The position numbers and the translations under genes were made by a program. From Antedon mediterranea (lineage: Eukaryota; Animalia; Echinodermata): 64,000 nt of DNA. Below, one piece after another: positions 37,701 to 51,965 of this stretch; positions within the stretch are counted from its first letter, which is position 1; every line of letters starts with the position of its first letter. The stretch spans positions 22,456,070 through 22,520,069 of the forward strand of contig NC_092671.1 of the NCBI RefSeq assembly GCF_964355755.1, in the 5' to 3' direction. The notes below the pieces were generated by a model that was given only the letters and a program-made list of their open reading frames with translations, was not told where the DNA came from and made no database searches.

Positions 37701-39385
37701 CAACATAACTCTTTTAGGATCATTTCAGCCACCAGTTATTGCGGCCATCAGTTATGCCAGTACATTTTTTTTTAAATTTATTTTACATGTGCCAAAAAGT
37801 ATGTGTGATTTTCGAAAATAAAGTTGTTTTGATTCGGTTTTTTTTTATTCTGCAAATTGTGTTTTTTAAATGTTGGAAATTAGTTTTTTTATAATTAGTT
37901 ACAATTACCAATATTAATAATTAATATTCATTTTATCGATAACAGGAATATTGTTTCTGTGCCACGCCTATTAAGTTATGTTTTTTCTGTCAAACATACA
38001 TTTTAATACGTTTGGGATCACATATTGTTATAAACTCCAAGTACATAAGAAATGAAAAAGTACAATTAAAAAAAAAGGAAATATTGTGTTTATGAGCCTT
38101 CTTGTTTGGGGTATGTATAATAATGATATGCAGAAATAAGAAAAGATGTAAAAAAAGAAGAAATATACAATTAATTATTATGATATTATGAACAAAACAT
38201 TAAAACTAGATGTTTATAGATTGGTAGCAGCTTTGAGCGAGTAGCCAGATTTCCAAATCTTACATGATTGTACAGTAGAACAAATCATTAATAAAATAAT
38301 CCAATACTTTTACTAGACATCAGACAAGTGTCTTCCCTGATTAAAAAATGATTAAAAATGAGTTATTGTAGATGAATCTAAAGATGTTAAAAACCACATG
38401 GACAATTGTTATTTAAATATTTTTAACGTCATGACAATACAAATTACATATTTAGATTATGACATCAACTAAGAACAATATAGCCATAGAAAATGAGAAG
38501 TACTGCAACCAGTTGCCCAAGAACATTTACTCCATCAACACATCAGACACTAGGCATATATAAAAGTTAAAAAAAAAGAAATATACAATTAATTATTATG
38601 ATATTATGAACAAAACATTAAAACTAGATGTTTATAGATTGGTAAAATTTGTTTTGTATTTAAGACAGTACATTGAATAGTATTTATCGGCTGTTACTAA
38701 TTAATTAATATAATTATACAATATTCATAAAAACAACATACATTTTTATGCATGCGCATCATCTCTTTTGGGACCTGTAACATAATAAAAAATCATTTAA
38801 TACATTTTTAGTATAATGGCCATTTAGTTCTCAGCAGGCTATTTGGAGGCCTCCTTTTGTTTGGTGCGCATAAGTGGGCCCGATCATCTGTTTAACACCC
38901 ATATGGGAATCCTGGGCGTCAATCTACTAGGCCTACCTAGGCTAGGACTTACCTAAGATAAGCTAAATAGGCCTAGGCTAGTTATTTAATTTCAGCCCTA
39001 ATTATTAGCGACATACAGTACTGTGCGGCGACTATAATAGGCTAGGCCTAACCTTTTAGCTTAGCTGACTAGGCTTTTGTAACTAGTTTTTAAAATTGGT
39101 ACCAACTCACCTCACGCCCAGAGCCAGGCGGCAAAGGCCACATCACTTAGACCTACCTAGGCTAATTAAAAGACATGCCTCTAGGACCTAGAATTATTTA
39201 TAAATTTGGTGGTATGAAAACGTTAAGGGGAAAGACGAAAAGGGTTATATCTGCCATTTTAGCTACAAAAAAAAAAAGTTTGTGTCGTAATTGGAATCAT
39301 TAACATATATGTTGAAACGCGCAAAAAAAAGAATATATTTAGCCGATATTTTGGTTTAAGGTCAGCATTTACACACTTTCCCTTA
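34775..39385 (+). repeat. Segmental duplication, copy 2
   Basis: Collinear with 12360-16812; extra micro-exon near 35095-35132; internal re-duplication of about 37320-37660 at 38225-38565. Confidence 0.9.
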
Positions 39386-39677
39386 TAGTCTGGTAGTTGA
39401 AGGGTTGAACCGGGAAAAAATGGTACAAAGCAAATTTTTACATCGTTGGAAGCGCAATTTTATGGAGAATAACATATCCAAAATCGACAAAAATCCAACT
39501 TGGGGAAAATTTTTTTGACGCGTTTTACTTTTATTTTGTCAATTTACTTAAAAAAACCAATCTTACAGTCATTATAATCGTATATCTTGGAAACCGCTAA
39601 CTGTAGAGTCTTTAATTTGGTCTCTAATTGTTTGTTATGTACATATTTCTATTTGCTCTTACGAAATTCTTTGTCAA

Positions 39678-40435
39678 ACAAGGCCAACAGCCATTAAGTC
39701 GCGTGCTACAATGCATAGTGATACCGGACCGACAGACAGACCGACAGACAGACCGACCGACCGACATAGTGAACTATACTGACCGAAATTACTGAACATG
39801 TTTAAAAATGTTGAAATGTTTAAAAACATTTATATTTTTTTAATTTACACGTGCGTAGCCTGTCACTTTTGACGTGCTCGTATAACATAATTTCGAGTTG
39901 AAAAGTAAGTCAAGAAAACAGAAATCGGGCAAAAAGAGTGCGCAATAACATTTAACGCGCAGTGCGCGCGCAAAAACATGCGCACTCATGGCAATTTTGT
40001 AAACGCTTAAAATTGCCTGAAACGTACTTTTATTTCATCGAAAATAAATTTTGAAAATTCTAAGCGCACGTACGCATGCGTTACATGCGCTACGCACGTA
40101 ATTGTATTGCCATATGATGATTTATGCCCTGAAATTTATGAGTACCAAATTTTATTTAATTGTGATTCATGGTTGTGAAGATATTACAAACGTGATTTCG
40201 TTAAATCGTGCGTAGACCGCGTAATTTTTTATTGCGCACCGTGAAAACATAACCACATTGATTCCTGGCCATAAGGAATATACTGTGAAAAATTGACCTA
40301 GCTAGATTAAACTTATATCAAGATAAGGTCAGAAAGCGATAAAACGCATAGTGATACCGGACCGACAGACCGACAGACAGACAGACCGACCGACCGACAT
40401 AGTGAATTATAGAGTCGCTTCCACGCGACTAAAAA
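39678..40435 (-). mobile_element. Helentron-associated (HINE/DINE-1-like) element
   Basis: Minus 5' TTTTTAGTCGCGTGGAAGCGACT, GTCG/GTCT microsatellite, 3' subTIR CACGCGACT plus small hairpin, T-rich ends. Confidence 0.7.
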
Positions 40436-40705
40436 TGGCGGGAAAGTTTATTTCTTGACATCTTGACCTTTGACCTCATATTTCGATATCTCAATAAATA
40501 CTGAGTGTACAAATTTAAAATTGGTCTTAAATTGTTCGTAAAGTGAACATTTCTATTCATGCTAATGACAGGTTTTTAAAATAAACGACATTAAAGAGGT
40601 CATTTTGAAACCATAAACTTGTATAATAACAATATAGATGGAAGATGGAACATTTTGTAATAAAATCGACTTAATTATAAAATTAGGCCATACCATTCTA
40701 TTTCA

Positions 40706-42700
40706 CTATTCTTCATCTGATTCATCAACAACCAATTCCTCTGAATTTTGGCAACTGTCCCCTCTGCAATCTCCACATGATGTTACGCATTTCAGTCCAT
40801 TTTTACAACATGAACATAAATTTGTACCACATGGGTTGTTGGATGATAATTTGCACTTGCAGCGAACAAACTTTAGTAAAGTGTCTGGTGCTGCAGCAGA
40901 ATCTGTCATGATTGGAGTTAGATGGGTTCCTTCGCATTTCCAACCCCATTGTAAAGGGTCCAAGTCAGTATTTAGTTTTGACCACACAAGTATCTGTAAA
41001 TGTACCCGCAGACCGGGCCGCAGACTATGGAAATATGCTGCTCTCTCTCTGTAGGTGGAAGTTTTTGAGGCTCAGTAGATGATTTTGATGCTACCATATC
41101 CATAAATTTCACATACCGTAAGTTGTTTAAAGATTCACAATTTTTGCCACCGTAGATTATTTTGAATACTTCAAGTCCAGCTTTTCCAATATCTTCTGCT
41201 GTTGCACTCTCATCACTAATTGACTTGGATAACTGTTCCTTGGAACTACGAATTTTCTTCAGAAGATTAGTTTTTCCTTGGCCAATATATGGCAGATGTC
41301 GTATCGCAGCCACTCCAAGCATGAGCGAATGACAAATGTGATGTTACATCATTGCCAGTATTCTTGACAAGATCACAACTTTTCTACAACTTTAGCTCTT
41401 TATTATATGACTGTTTCGCTTCAGTATATATCTGCCATAGTTGGGTTAAAGTGGTACATCAGCAACACAAGCACGTCTGTGTCATCGGCTACCACATCAA
41501 CAGTTTGCCCTTGCCGTGCGTACTCTAGAGCAAATGAAACAATCATTGTATCAGCATCTCCGGTACTTGTATGAACTACATGCCCATCTTTTTTGAGGTA
41601 GCAGCTTAACAATTCAATTAATTGACATTTATTTTTCTCATTCGATAGAAATATGTGCTGATTACGATGTGCTTGCATTAATTCATTCAGTTGAATATCG
41701 GTGGATGTTCTTCCAACACGCCTTTGATGCTCATGGTCTTTTTATTGATGGTCCCTTTTCATAACACAATGCATGAATCTCCAAATTTTTTACGAACATA
41801 ACTCACATACTGCATGGCTATATCTTTATATGTTGCCCCTTTTGCCCATTTAACTCTGTGTAAGAGCTCCTCTATCTAAAACATACATTGTATGTTGGTT
41901 TCGTGTAAGTGATTGTGTTCTGCTTCAGTTCTGATGGAATCAAATATTTCAAAAAAGTTTGTAAATGACGTGGTATCCACATTTTGCCTCGTTCAATATT
42001 GCCGATGTCTTCGTTCATGGGATATGATTCAGCGTTGTACTTACTTTCTCTTATTTCTGCTCGTAAGATAGTTGCTGCAGTACATACAATTCGCTCTGAT
42101 TCATCTTCAATGTTTTGTTTTCTCTCCGAGTACCATTTCGCATTAAGTATGTACTTTGCCATGTTTTTTAAACAAACAATATTCCCACGTCCTTCAACCT
42201 CCGCAAAGAAAATAAATTGTTTGTAACGTTCTTCTAGCTTTTGTTTTAGTCTTTTAACTGAGTATATTATAGACTCTTCAGCTAACTCTCTCATCTTTGT
42301 GTGTAATTCTGTAAGACTGTAGAGTTCTGCATCAGCGTCTAATTCCAGCCACTGGCACAGTTTTTCAAAACATTGCAGCATTTCTTGGTGTTCATGCCTT
42401 CCTTGCTGCTTTTTTACACATGCAGACGTTTTTCAATTTCAGAAGCCCAAGAGTCTGCTTGTGCTGCGCATTTCTCCAAAAGTCTACCACGAATCGGTAA
42501 TGTTGTAACAATATGTACACGTGGTGTTCTATTTGGATGCCTAGTATCAACTGTAGTGGATTTCACGCACAAAAAAACAATCTCTCTTCCAGTTGAAAGG
42601 TAAATCATTAGATCGTAGCCGTTTCACACTTGAAACATCATCCTCACGTTCTTCATCACGCCCAACTGGGACTCTTTCATTGATAAATTTTCCACGACAT
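40706..42700 (-). pseudogene. Academ transposase fragments
   Basis: GDADTMIV/DDTDVLVLL (XPG/PIN-like), KLPPT, DPLQWGW...AP..LL..VRCKCK...C..NLCSC.KNGLKC...CGDC C-terminal Cys cluster; frameshifted. Confidence 0.8.
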
Positions 42701-44659
42701 TTCTTATGAACTAATACTTTACCAATTGGTGTGGACTTGGCACATTCAGTTAAATAATTTAATCTAAATGTCCACGGTTTTTACTGAACTCAATCATGGT
42801 GAGAATTCCCTTTCTTGTTACATTGACTGGCACAACATCATACTCATACCAAGTGTACATATCACACAACGGTCTTCATTAAAGTTGTTATAGACAATAA
42901 TATTTTCCATCTTTGACTTTTGTATTGATATCAAAAGTTATTCTCACTGTAGACCTATGATGTGTCTGATCTTTTAGGCTCTACCAATATTTAAATGTAG
43001 CTTAACTAGACATTTTACACAAATTATATATATAAAGTACATAACTTAAACAGCTAATTAGATATTAATAAATAATATTATTCATAAGATTTTGTTTAAT
43101 ACCTAACTTTCATAAAAAACCATGCTCAAAAAAGTTTTTCAGAAAATGAATAATTTAAAAAACCTAAATGTATATTAACTTTTTTGATTGGCCTAATAGA
43201 TGAAGTTTGCGTACAAAATACTAAATACACCAATCAGAATTAAGCTTACATTGCTAGCTAGGCAATGCCCTTAGGTTAAATCAATGTCACAGATTTACAC
43301 TGTGTGTGATGATTGTGTGGTAAATCAGATTTCTTATTTAACTTTGTAAGTAGGCTATAACTACAAACCTGAACACAAAATGTTTGAAGATTGGTAAACA
43401 AATAATCATGTTATTAATATTTGTAGACATTTTAGGCAATGTACAATATAGTAAATAATTTGAGTAAAACTAAGCTACTTGATACTCTACCTAGGCCTAG
43501 GCCTAGTCACTGACTGTGCTAGATAGGCCTGGCCTGGCAATGCATTTCAGGTCCCTGTGCTAATTACTAGGCCCGTAAAGGAGGCAGTAGGAAAACCTAT
43601 CTAAAATGTTTTCCCCAAGCTGGATTTTTGTCGATTTGTTGTTCTCCATAAAATTGCGCTTCTAATGATGTAAAAATTTGCTTTGTACCATTTTTTTCCG
43701 GGTAGAGTCTATATTTTTGGTTCAACTACCAGACTATTAAAGCGCCTACTAATGTACTTATTATTATAGTAAGTATAAGTGCAATTCTTGGCTATATTTT
43801 CATTATTAGCTCTGCTCTAAACATAATGGGCTAGTAGGCCTACTGGAGACTTAATATTTAATTTCATATTTCAATGAATAGGTGCACTTTCCGGGGACAA
43901 GTTCTATTGTCCTGGTGAGTCTTATAGTTTGTTTCATATAATTTCAAATCATGTAAAGTGTCATTTTTCGGGCGGGAAACTATGCAGCTCTATTTTTCAA
44001 AATTGTCTTTGCTCAGCCTCCAGCACGGTGAGGTGCTGAAGATTCTTATGCATGTTGTTTGAAAAAATAATATTTTCGGGGACCTTGCAGCTCTATTTTA
44101 AACAGTTGGTATGCCATCGTGGTTGTTATGCAAATAAGTTTGTGCACGTCTGTATTATGGGGGAGATGGTATGTTAGTCATTCGCGGTCAAGACGCCACA
44201 CTGTTAAATGTTGATGCTGTTAAATTTACATTAGAAGATAGTTCAAAGCATGTAAATAAAAGATTTTCCGGGCGGGAACCCAGCAACTCCCCTACTTTTA
44301 GTTTGCAAAAGTGATCTCGAAAAGAACTCCATGTGGAAAAGAAGCCCACCCAAGAGTACTAAAAATGAAGGAGTACATGGGTTCTTTTCGAGGTTTTATG
44401 ACAGTCTATTTAATGAAAAATAATGCCATGCAACTTTGTTTCTCATTTTAAAAAAGGTCCACTTGTTTAGGCCTGACATTTACAACCCTCAAAATATCTC
44501 ACTTTCAAAAACAATATTTATTTTCAATTTTAAAAAAAAATAAATAAAAAAAAAAATATCCGTAGAGGTTCGAACCCAATACTGAGAGCACTCAAACCTC
44601 AGCATTACGTCATATCATCATTACGTCATAAATATCATATTAACCTTGTTAAAACCAAA

Positions 44660-44900
44660 ATTAGCTCAGGCGACAGAGCGTCGTGTTGACAACACGTATG
44701 TCGTGGGTTTGATTCCCACGCTGGTCGGTGGAATAGAGTTAAAGGTATGCGACCAGCTGTGTTTGGGGTTCACAGAAATATACGTCCCCCTTTCCACCAC
44801 ACATCTTGAGAAGGCACTAGCAATCCATCTGGGGATGATGTGGTGGAAACGACCCCAAGGTTGTGGCAGGGCCTTAGTGCTGAGGCAGGGAGAGCACATT
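44660..44900 (+). mobile_element. Possible tRNA-derived SINE
   Basis: TAGCTCAGGCG..AGAGCG and GTGGGTTTGATTCCCAC resemble tRNA D and T arms. Confidence 0.45.
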
Positions 44901-45941
44901 TTTTGCTCTTTATTTTTTCTTTTGGCTTTCGCTAAATGTATTTTGAAATCGTAAATTTTATGTTTAGCGCCCTCAATTTCAATGTAAAAAAATTGTATTA
45001 TCTTCGTTACGTGTTTAGAAGAGAATGTATGTCTCACTGTAGTTTGGTATGCCGTTCGTTGTTATATGTAAATGAGTTTGTGCAGGTGAAGTGGGAAAGA
45101 TGGTATTGTTAGTAATTCGCGTTCAACACGCCACACTGTTGAATTTTGATTTTGTTACTAGTTAAAATTTAGTAATGCACTAATAATTACTTCTACGGGA
45201 AAATATTTATCGACGGAGCAAAAAACATCTCCATTCTTAAACAATAAGTTGACGAGTCAAAAGTGTAGGCCTCTTTTGCGGGGAAATTTGATTTAGGCCT
45301 ATAGTTAGTATAGGTCCTAGGCCTATGTTGTACGCCGTGGTTAGGGAATCCGACACGATATTGCGCATGCCCAGAGCTCTGGGAAGTGAATTATAGCTTG
45401 CACTAATAGTGCCACACACCACACCACCGAGAGTCGGAGTGTTATAGGGATTTACTGTAGCCTAGATAGTCGAGTCGTTGCGCAAGCGAGAGATGGATGA
45501 AACTTGGCCTATGCCATACATGAATTAATAATTAAAATACGACTACGCCACGCGTTAAAATAATTATAATGATATTAATAAGAATCAGTATCTATCTAAG
45601 AATCGTAATGCTGTTTTTAACGTTGCGACCCCGAATTCCCGAACAGTTTTTTCACATCCACGCGGTGGCTGCCGTCAACAAATCAACTTGTGATTGCATG
45701 TTATGTACAGTATATTAAATGCGTTATGAAAAATGATAAAACTAGTCATGTAATTATATAATTCATAATGATATGAAGTTTATATATGAATGAAGCAACC
45801 ACTTTTTAATTACAAAATAAATAGGCCCACTGGTCACGTCTAACTGGTAGCCCTAGCCTAGATGGTATCGGATCATCTCGGTCGCGTTTCATTTCGGTCG
45901 CGCTTCCGGGAAATCGAACTTCCGGCGATTTCTATGGAACG

Positions 45942-46546
45942 CCGCTCAATGCAGTACTGTACACTGTAAGCTCTAATTAAAGATCGAAGTGTAGTCTCTA
46001 TTATTTTTTAGGTGTTTATTTAAAATGATTTTATATAATAATCATTATATTTAAATAAATATTGTAAAAACAGTATGTTATTAATATTAGTTTAACTTTT
46101 TTTTAAATGTTTTTATAAGCATTATATTTTGATATATTTTGTAAATATTCTATTAATTTGTTTCTGACGGGAAAAATAACATACAAACTCACTTTACACT
46201 TTTGTCAATGATCATTCAATCTTTTTATTTTTAAAACAAAAACACCGCTCGATGCAGTACTGTACACTGTAAGCTCTAATTAAAGATCGAAGTGTAGTCT
46301 CTATTATTTTTTAGGTGTTTATTTAAAAATGATTTTATATAATAATCATTATATTTAAATAAATATTGTAAAAACAGTATGTTATTAATATTAGTTTAAC
46401 TTTTTTTTAAATGTTTTTATAAGCATTATATTTTGATATATTTTGTAAATATTCTGTTAATTTGTTTCTGACGGGAAAAATAACATACAAACTCACTTTA
46501 CACTTTTGTCAATGATCATTCAATCTTTTTATTTTTAAAACAAAAA
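45942..46546. repeat. Tandem duplication of about 303 bp
   Basis: CCGCTC(A/G)ATGCAGTACTGTACACTG at about 45942 and 46245. Confidence 0.9.
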
Positions 46547-47169
46547 CATATACACAAATATTTACAACTGTTTTTCAATTCAATCCTTTTATTTTTAAAA
46601 CAAAAACGCATATACAAATGTTTACATTCATCATTCAAATTGAAACCTTTTTATTTACATATAGGCCTACAAACGTTATTTAATTTATCTATGTTTTTAA
46701 TATTTTATTTATTAACAATGTTTACCTCTATTTACATCTACAGACGTTATTTAATTTATCCATTTATTTAATCTTTTATTTATTAGCAATATTTACATCT
46801 ATCTCATCTACAAATCGCGAACATCATTTGATATAACGCGCGATCCAGCGAAAGGAGCGATCTCTCTGATCGTTGGCCTGCGCGATACTCGTCCCAGAGG
46901 CGTAAGAGCGTTCTAGTTGCACGTCGGTAAGCTTGTCGCTGAAGCCGGTCAACATCTTCGTGATGAACTAATTCCATTGTGATGTGAACATTCTGACTCT
47001 CTTCATGCAGCAGCCCGATTAAGAGGTAGAGTTGAAGTTTTGCTGAAATAACAAAAATAACGATATACTATAATTATCATGAGCAAGTTAACAACATAAT
47101 ACATAATATTATAATTGAAAAGTAATTTTCTTACCACGTCGTCCTTTTCGATTCAGTCTGTTGTGATAC

Positions 47170-48009
47170 GAGACCTCGAAAACAGAGACCAGAGACCCGA
47201 GACCCAGGGTCTCTGTTTTCGAGAAAATCTCGAAAACAGAGACCCCCACTAAAACGTCTCAATATTACGTAATATAGGGGTTCTCTCTTTTCGAGATTTT
47301 CTCGAAAACAGAGACCCCCGCTAAAACGTCTAAATAATACGTTATATAGGGGGTCTCTGTTTAACAGAGACCCCCACTAAAGCGTCTCAATATTACATTA
47401 TATAGGGGGTCTCTATTTCGAGAAAAACTCGAAAACAGAGACCCCCTATATAACGTATTATTTAGACGTTTTAGTGGGGGTGGAGTCCCCACTAAAACGT
47501 CTCAAGAATGACGTATCAGTAATAAACGGTAACTGATATGCCGATCAAAGAACATGCCGCAACGATAAGAAGAGATTGATGAATTCTTGAACGCGTGTAA
47601 AAAGACTGTCATTTTGGAATACAAGGTCGACGTCCTAGAAGTAAGATGTATAAATGCATGCTGTGCCTTTTAGAAGCTAAAAAGCGGGAGATTATTTAAA
47701 AAGCTGACACTAAGTTTCGTAACATTTATTTACAAGCATAAAAGATAATAACGTACAATGCAATAAATTGATAAATAAATAAACATAAATTCACGGTTTT
47801 TGCGATAAAGGTTGGGTGTTAATAATTTATGACCAAGCTTGGTGGGTATTTGCAACACTCTTAATAAACAGGGATTATATTAGGGGGTCTCGGGAAATCT
47901 CGAAAAAAGAGACCCCCAATATAATGAGACGTTTTAGTGGGGGTCTCTGTTTTCGAGATTTTCTTGAAAACAGAGACCCTGGGTCTCGGGTCTCTGTTTT
48001 CGAGACACC
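47170..48009. mobile_element. Foldback-like MITE built from CTCGAAAACAGAGACC repeats
   Basis: Long inverted ends, 11-bp TSD TGTTGTGATAC (47159-47169, 48010-48020). Confidence 0.85.
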
Positions 48010-50869
48010 TGTTGTGATACCCCTCAAGGTCGCTGTTGGTCCTCGTTGTCAACAGACAATATGGTTTCATTCTAATTCAATAGCACGAGACATAATGCGA
48101 CACGTCAATGCATTATGCTTTTAAAAAATGTTACATTACATAGATAATCGTAATAATATCTTTCAGTGCAATATAGTGTATAAAAAAGCTCAGTAAAGTC
48201 TCTCACTGATTTTAACTGGCACCAAACAAATATTCCCAATTTACTCATTCATAATAATTAACATATTGGAGTCGTCTTCGTAAGCTACTTGTTGTGTCCT
48301 TAAAATATAGATAAAAATCGTTACAAATGCAAACAGGTTTATAAATTCGAACTGCTACACGTACCGAGTGCTGAAAGAGAGTTAAATCGGACAGTTAAGT
48401 CTCAATCCTACAATAGCATCCATTTTCGTATGCTTTATGCATAATTGACGCGCCATACACCACGATCGATATTGTTGAAAATTGACCTTAATTGACACGC
48501 GACCGAAATGAAACGCGACCGAGATGATCGTAATTCGCCTAGATTAGTGGATCCCGCATTAGTAGGCATCTAGGCTAGTTCACCGTGTGGCGCAGCTATG
48601 AAATGATCCATCGCTGTATAGTCAAAGAATTGGTATAGTATAGAGTCGCCGATTACCTCGCTCTGGGCATGCGCAATAGCGTGTCGGATTCCCTAAGGCT
48701 GGGCAGTTGGGTTCCGGTGCCGGAATCCTAACCACGGCGTATGTCGTATTGTACTGTATAGAATACATTAATACTTAGCTAGTAGTAGGAGCTAGTTTTT
48801 TCTTGGAATGTGGGAGGACGTATTCGTATCAAATTGAGGCTTAGCTAGGCTACATCGTTAGTCTAGTATAAGCGATCCCCACTGGCCTACTAGCTAGACC
48901 CTATTATTAGCCGAGGCCTATAGCAAATTGTTTTTCAGTTGACAGCGTTCACTCTAAAAAACTAGGAAATGTAATTTTGGTTTGAGGTTTAATTTGTTTA
49001 GGCCCTGCAGGCTAGCCTACATGCTGGGGCCTATCATCCTAAGCCTAGACTATATAGGCTTACCAATATACATAAATACAATACAACATATCTGCATGTC
49101 CTATTAGTATTAAACACCAAACAAGACTATTCAGGGTTATATGTAACAACTAGCAAACGGATGTAAATAGGCCTATATGCTTTTTAATTAATTATAAATC
49201 AACTTCAGTTCCAAAAAGTCAATATTTATATAATTAAAAACAAGGAATATTTAAATAACGCTAACTGTTACGCCGTACACATCTTATTTGATCTATTCAA
49301 TAAGCAATATTTATTAATTCGAGATCTTTGCTGACTTGTCTGTATTCTTGGTTGATTCTTCAGACAGACATAAAGACCATACTTTACTGGCTATTTGGTC
49401 TCTGCCATTATCTTCCCCATTGGATGGAATTGCATCTTCGTTGGGATCTCTCCGTAGTTTATAATACAAGATCTTAGTTTAGCTAAAGCCTCACTAAAGG
49501 CATCAATTTGTGTCTGCTGTCCACCACTTCTATAGGTGTGTATAGCTTTATAGTCTGGCTTCTTAAACTATTTAGGATACATACATAGCAACTACAGACC
49601 TTCCTTAATATTAACAATAACAAAATTATATAACAAACTATAACAATTAATATTCTACCACTCTGTAGTTGTAATAATTATAGTTAGTTATAATTGGTTA
49701 TGTGACTCGTTTTTGTTTATTCAGATTAAATTGGCAGAAAGTCTTAAGGCCCCAAAATATGTTGTGAAAATGTGAACAAGGGTAACTTACAAAAAATACA
49801 GTAGCTACCTATTTCTTTTCAAGGGAGCATATGGCATTCCTTGTTAATCTCACTCTGTCCGATGTTCACAAGATGAGGTAATTTCAAGGTATTTTTCATT
49901 TGATATACATTTCTCTTTTGTTAAACAAGATTTTTAAATGTCGCATGAATTCAGTTTGTTTTGGTTTTTTTTCTCTACAATATTACAATATTCAGGAGAA
50001 TGTTCAGAATGTTGTCACAACTGGAAAAATCAATCCTTAATTGTATTATAGACAAAGTGTTATGTTGTTATTATATTGTAAATCATATTAGCTGACCATA
50101 GTCAATATCAAATTAGTTATTATGCTATGTTAAAATGCTGCTATGTAACTTGGGTGTAGGTGTAGTAATGTGTCATTGTGTCTTGACACAGGAAACATTT
50201 TAATTGTCAAACTATGAACTTTGAAATATTTTTGTTCTCTATTGATTGATGATATGGATATAAAATCAGAAAATGTGGAGCTGAGCAGAGTTGATGAATG
50301 AAAAGCTTCTCAATCAAATTGACAAACTGAATGAAGTGGTTGCTGTATGGAGTGTAATTGTAAGTTTTATGTTTAATATTTATATTTAATAGTGAAACTA
50401 ATAAATTCCACTCATGTTTTGATATACAGTGTACTCCTATTTCATATTTATTATAAAAATTTGATATTACTGTCAGCAAATTACCTAATTCTGGGATTTG
50501 TCTGTTATTATAAATGTTGACTATTGTTGTGTACATATTCACATACATGTGTTTTTCTGTTTATTTTTTCGTTGTACTGTAGATCTGCCAGATGTTTTAC
50601 GTAAACATGGCAATTTTTTAGCAGCGATGTGTCCACCAAACCATCGTCCATGTTTTCCAGATCAATTGCGACAATCTATGGCAAAAAGAATCCTAGTTAA
50701 TTCATCAATTCATTTTATGATTTATCTTCTGTTACGATAGGTGTTCAAAATTAATCATTTTTACGCCTTGTATATTTGTCCGGAATTACATAGTGCAGTA
50801 AAAAAAAATGAGACTGAACTTAAGGTTAGTTGCTCTATGTAATGCTGAACGAAATGATGACAGCATTCA

Positions 50870-50950
50870 TTTGGAGTGGAGTTGGTGGTTATGATGCTTG
50901 GTTACCAATTCAAGGGTCCTGGGTTCAAATCCTGTCAGCTGTCAGGATTT
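50870..50950 (+). mobile_element. tRNA-like SINE head, degenerate
   Basis: TGGAGTTGGTGG A-box-like and GGGTTCAAATCC B box. Confidence 0.4.
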
Positions 50951-50972
50951 TTTCTTAATGATAATTACAACT

Positions 50973-51332
50973 CCACTCCCAAAGACTTGTAATAAGAATG
51001 TGTTTATGTAGAGCATCTTCTGTATGTTGGTCTTGTGAATAGGAGTGCCACCTTTTAGAAGGATAATGAATGAATTCGCTTATGGTTATCCTTAGAATAG
51101 TATAGAAGTAATTTAGAAGTTAGTCACAAGTTTAAATTGACTTTTATTAATACACTCCCAAAGACTTGTAATAAGAATGTGTTTATGTAGAGCATCTTCT
51201 GTATGTTGGTCTTGTGAATAGGAGTGCCACCTTTTAGAAGGATAATGAATGAATTCGCTTATGGTTATCCTTAGAATAGTATAGAAGTAATTTAGAAGTT
51301 AGTCACAAGTTTAAATTGACTTTTATTAATAC
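50973..51332. repeat. Tandem duplication of about 179 bp
   Basis: CACTCCCAAAGACTTGTAATAAG occurs twice with an identical continuation. Confidence 0.9.
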
Positions 51333-51419
51333 AACAAACTAAAGTATTGTGCTGTCAGTATTTCTTTAATTTATGGTGTTACAATTTCCATTATCAAAGA
51401 GTTTCTTTAGCAATATCTT

Positions 51420-51735
51420 AATCATCATCATAATCTTGTTTGTCCACTTATGGTGTCGGGCCTTCTTGTCCTCCACCTTTCTTTCGATCCCCATCTACAG
51501 TACTACACATAGGTCCACTTTTCTTCTATTATGCTTAATACAGTGTAACCATCTCTTTCTTGCCACCCCTTTTTGGTCTTCTACTAATTCCTACTCTTTC
51601 TGCTATCCTCATCTTCATATCCCATACTATCTTAGCCTGCATTCATGAATGTTATCCCTCATTTGTCTAACTTATATAGTTTCACTCCTTTGATAGCTCT
51701 CATGCATCTCATCTCAACAGCCTCCAGTTTCTTTA
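51420..51735 (-). mobile_element. RTE-like LINE 3' remnant
   Basis: Minus LEAVEMRCMRAIKGV-like peptide and (GAT)n tail. Confidence 0.5.
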
Positions 51736-51739
51736 TAAT

Positions 51740-51965
51740 TTCATTTCATTTCATTTATTTATTCACTTTACAAATATATAAATATAAAGTGGAGGAGCCT
51801 AAAAGAGAGCAAAGCTTGTGGTGAATAGGCTCCTCAAAACAAAACAAATAAAATATAAATAATATAACACAATTAGAAACTCCAAAAAAATAACAATTAA
51901 ACTAATATCTTTTCTCTAACACATAAGTTTAACATGTTTAAAACTAAAAAACAAGTAAAAAATAG
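51740..51965 (-). mobile_element. 3' tail of an L2/CR1-group LINE (continues at 63802-64000)
   Basis: (TTTCA)n tail and GAGGAGCCTA...TAGGCTCCTC stem-loop. Confidence 0.55.

Larger units (their letters stand above)
39386..43736 (-). mobile_element. Academ-type DNA transposon, internally deleted
   Basis: TIR TAGTCTGGTAGTTGAA plus long imperfect subterminal IR; 3-bp TSD TTA; empty site CCCTTAAGGCGCC at 16807. Confidence 0.85.
45864..48536 (-). mobile_element. MULE/Mutator-like remnant
   Basis: TIR core GATCATCTCGGTCGCGTTTCATTTCGGTCGCG, 8-bp TSD GCCTAGAT; minus-strand peptides RTNSDLEGYHNRLN and LLRLWDEYRAG. Confidence 0.8.
45331..48741. mobile_element. Non-autonomous TIR element, unclassified (outer layer of nest)
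   Basis: TIR TACGCCGTGGTTAGG plus inner IR GGAATCCGACACG..TTGCGCATGCCCAGAGC; flanks TGTTG/TGTCG, or alternatively a TA TSD. Confidence 0.7.

Noticed and set aside
44660-44735. tRNA genes (also near 9290 and 50870)
   Set aside because: No complete cloverleaf; these look like SINE heads.
43950-45200. Short diverged local repeats (TTTTCGGGCGGGAA..GCAGCTCTATTTT; 44107-44220 vs 45044-45150)
   Set aside because: Real similarity, but too degenerate to assign to an element or function.
49720-50740. Possible small exons (AG...GT) of a host gene
   Set aside because: No consistent reading frame or recognisable peptide; cannot be supported.
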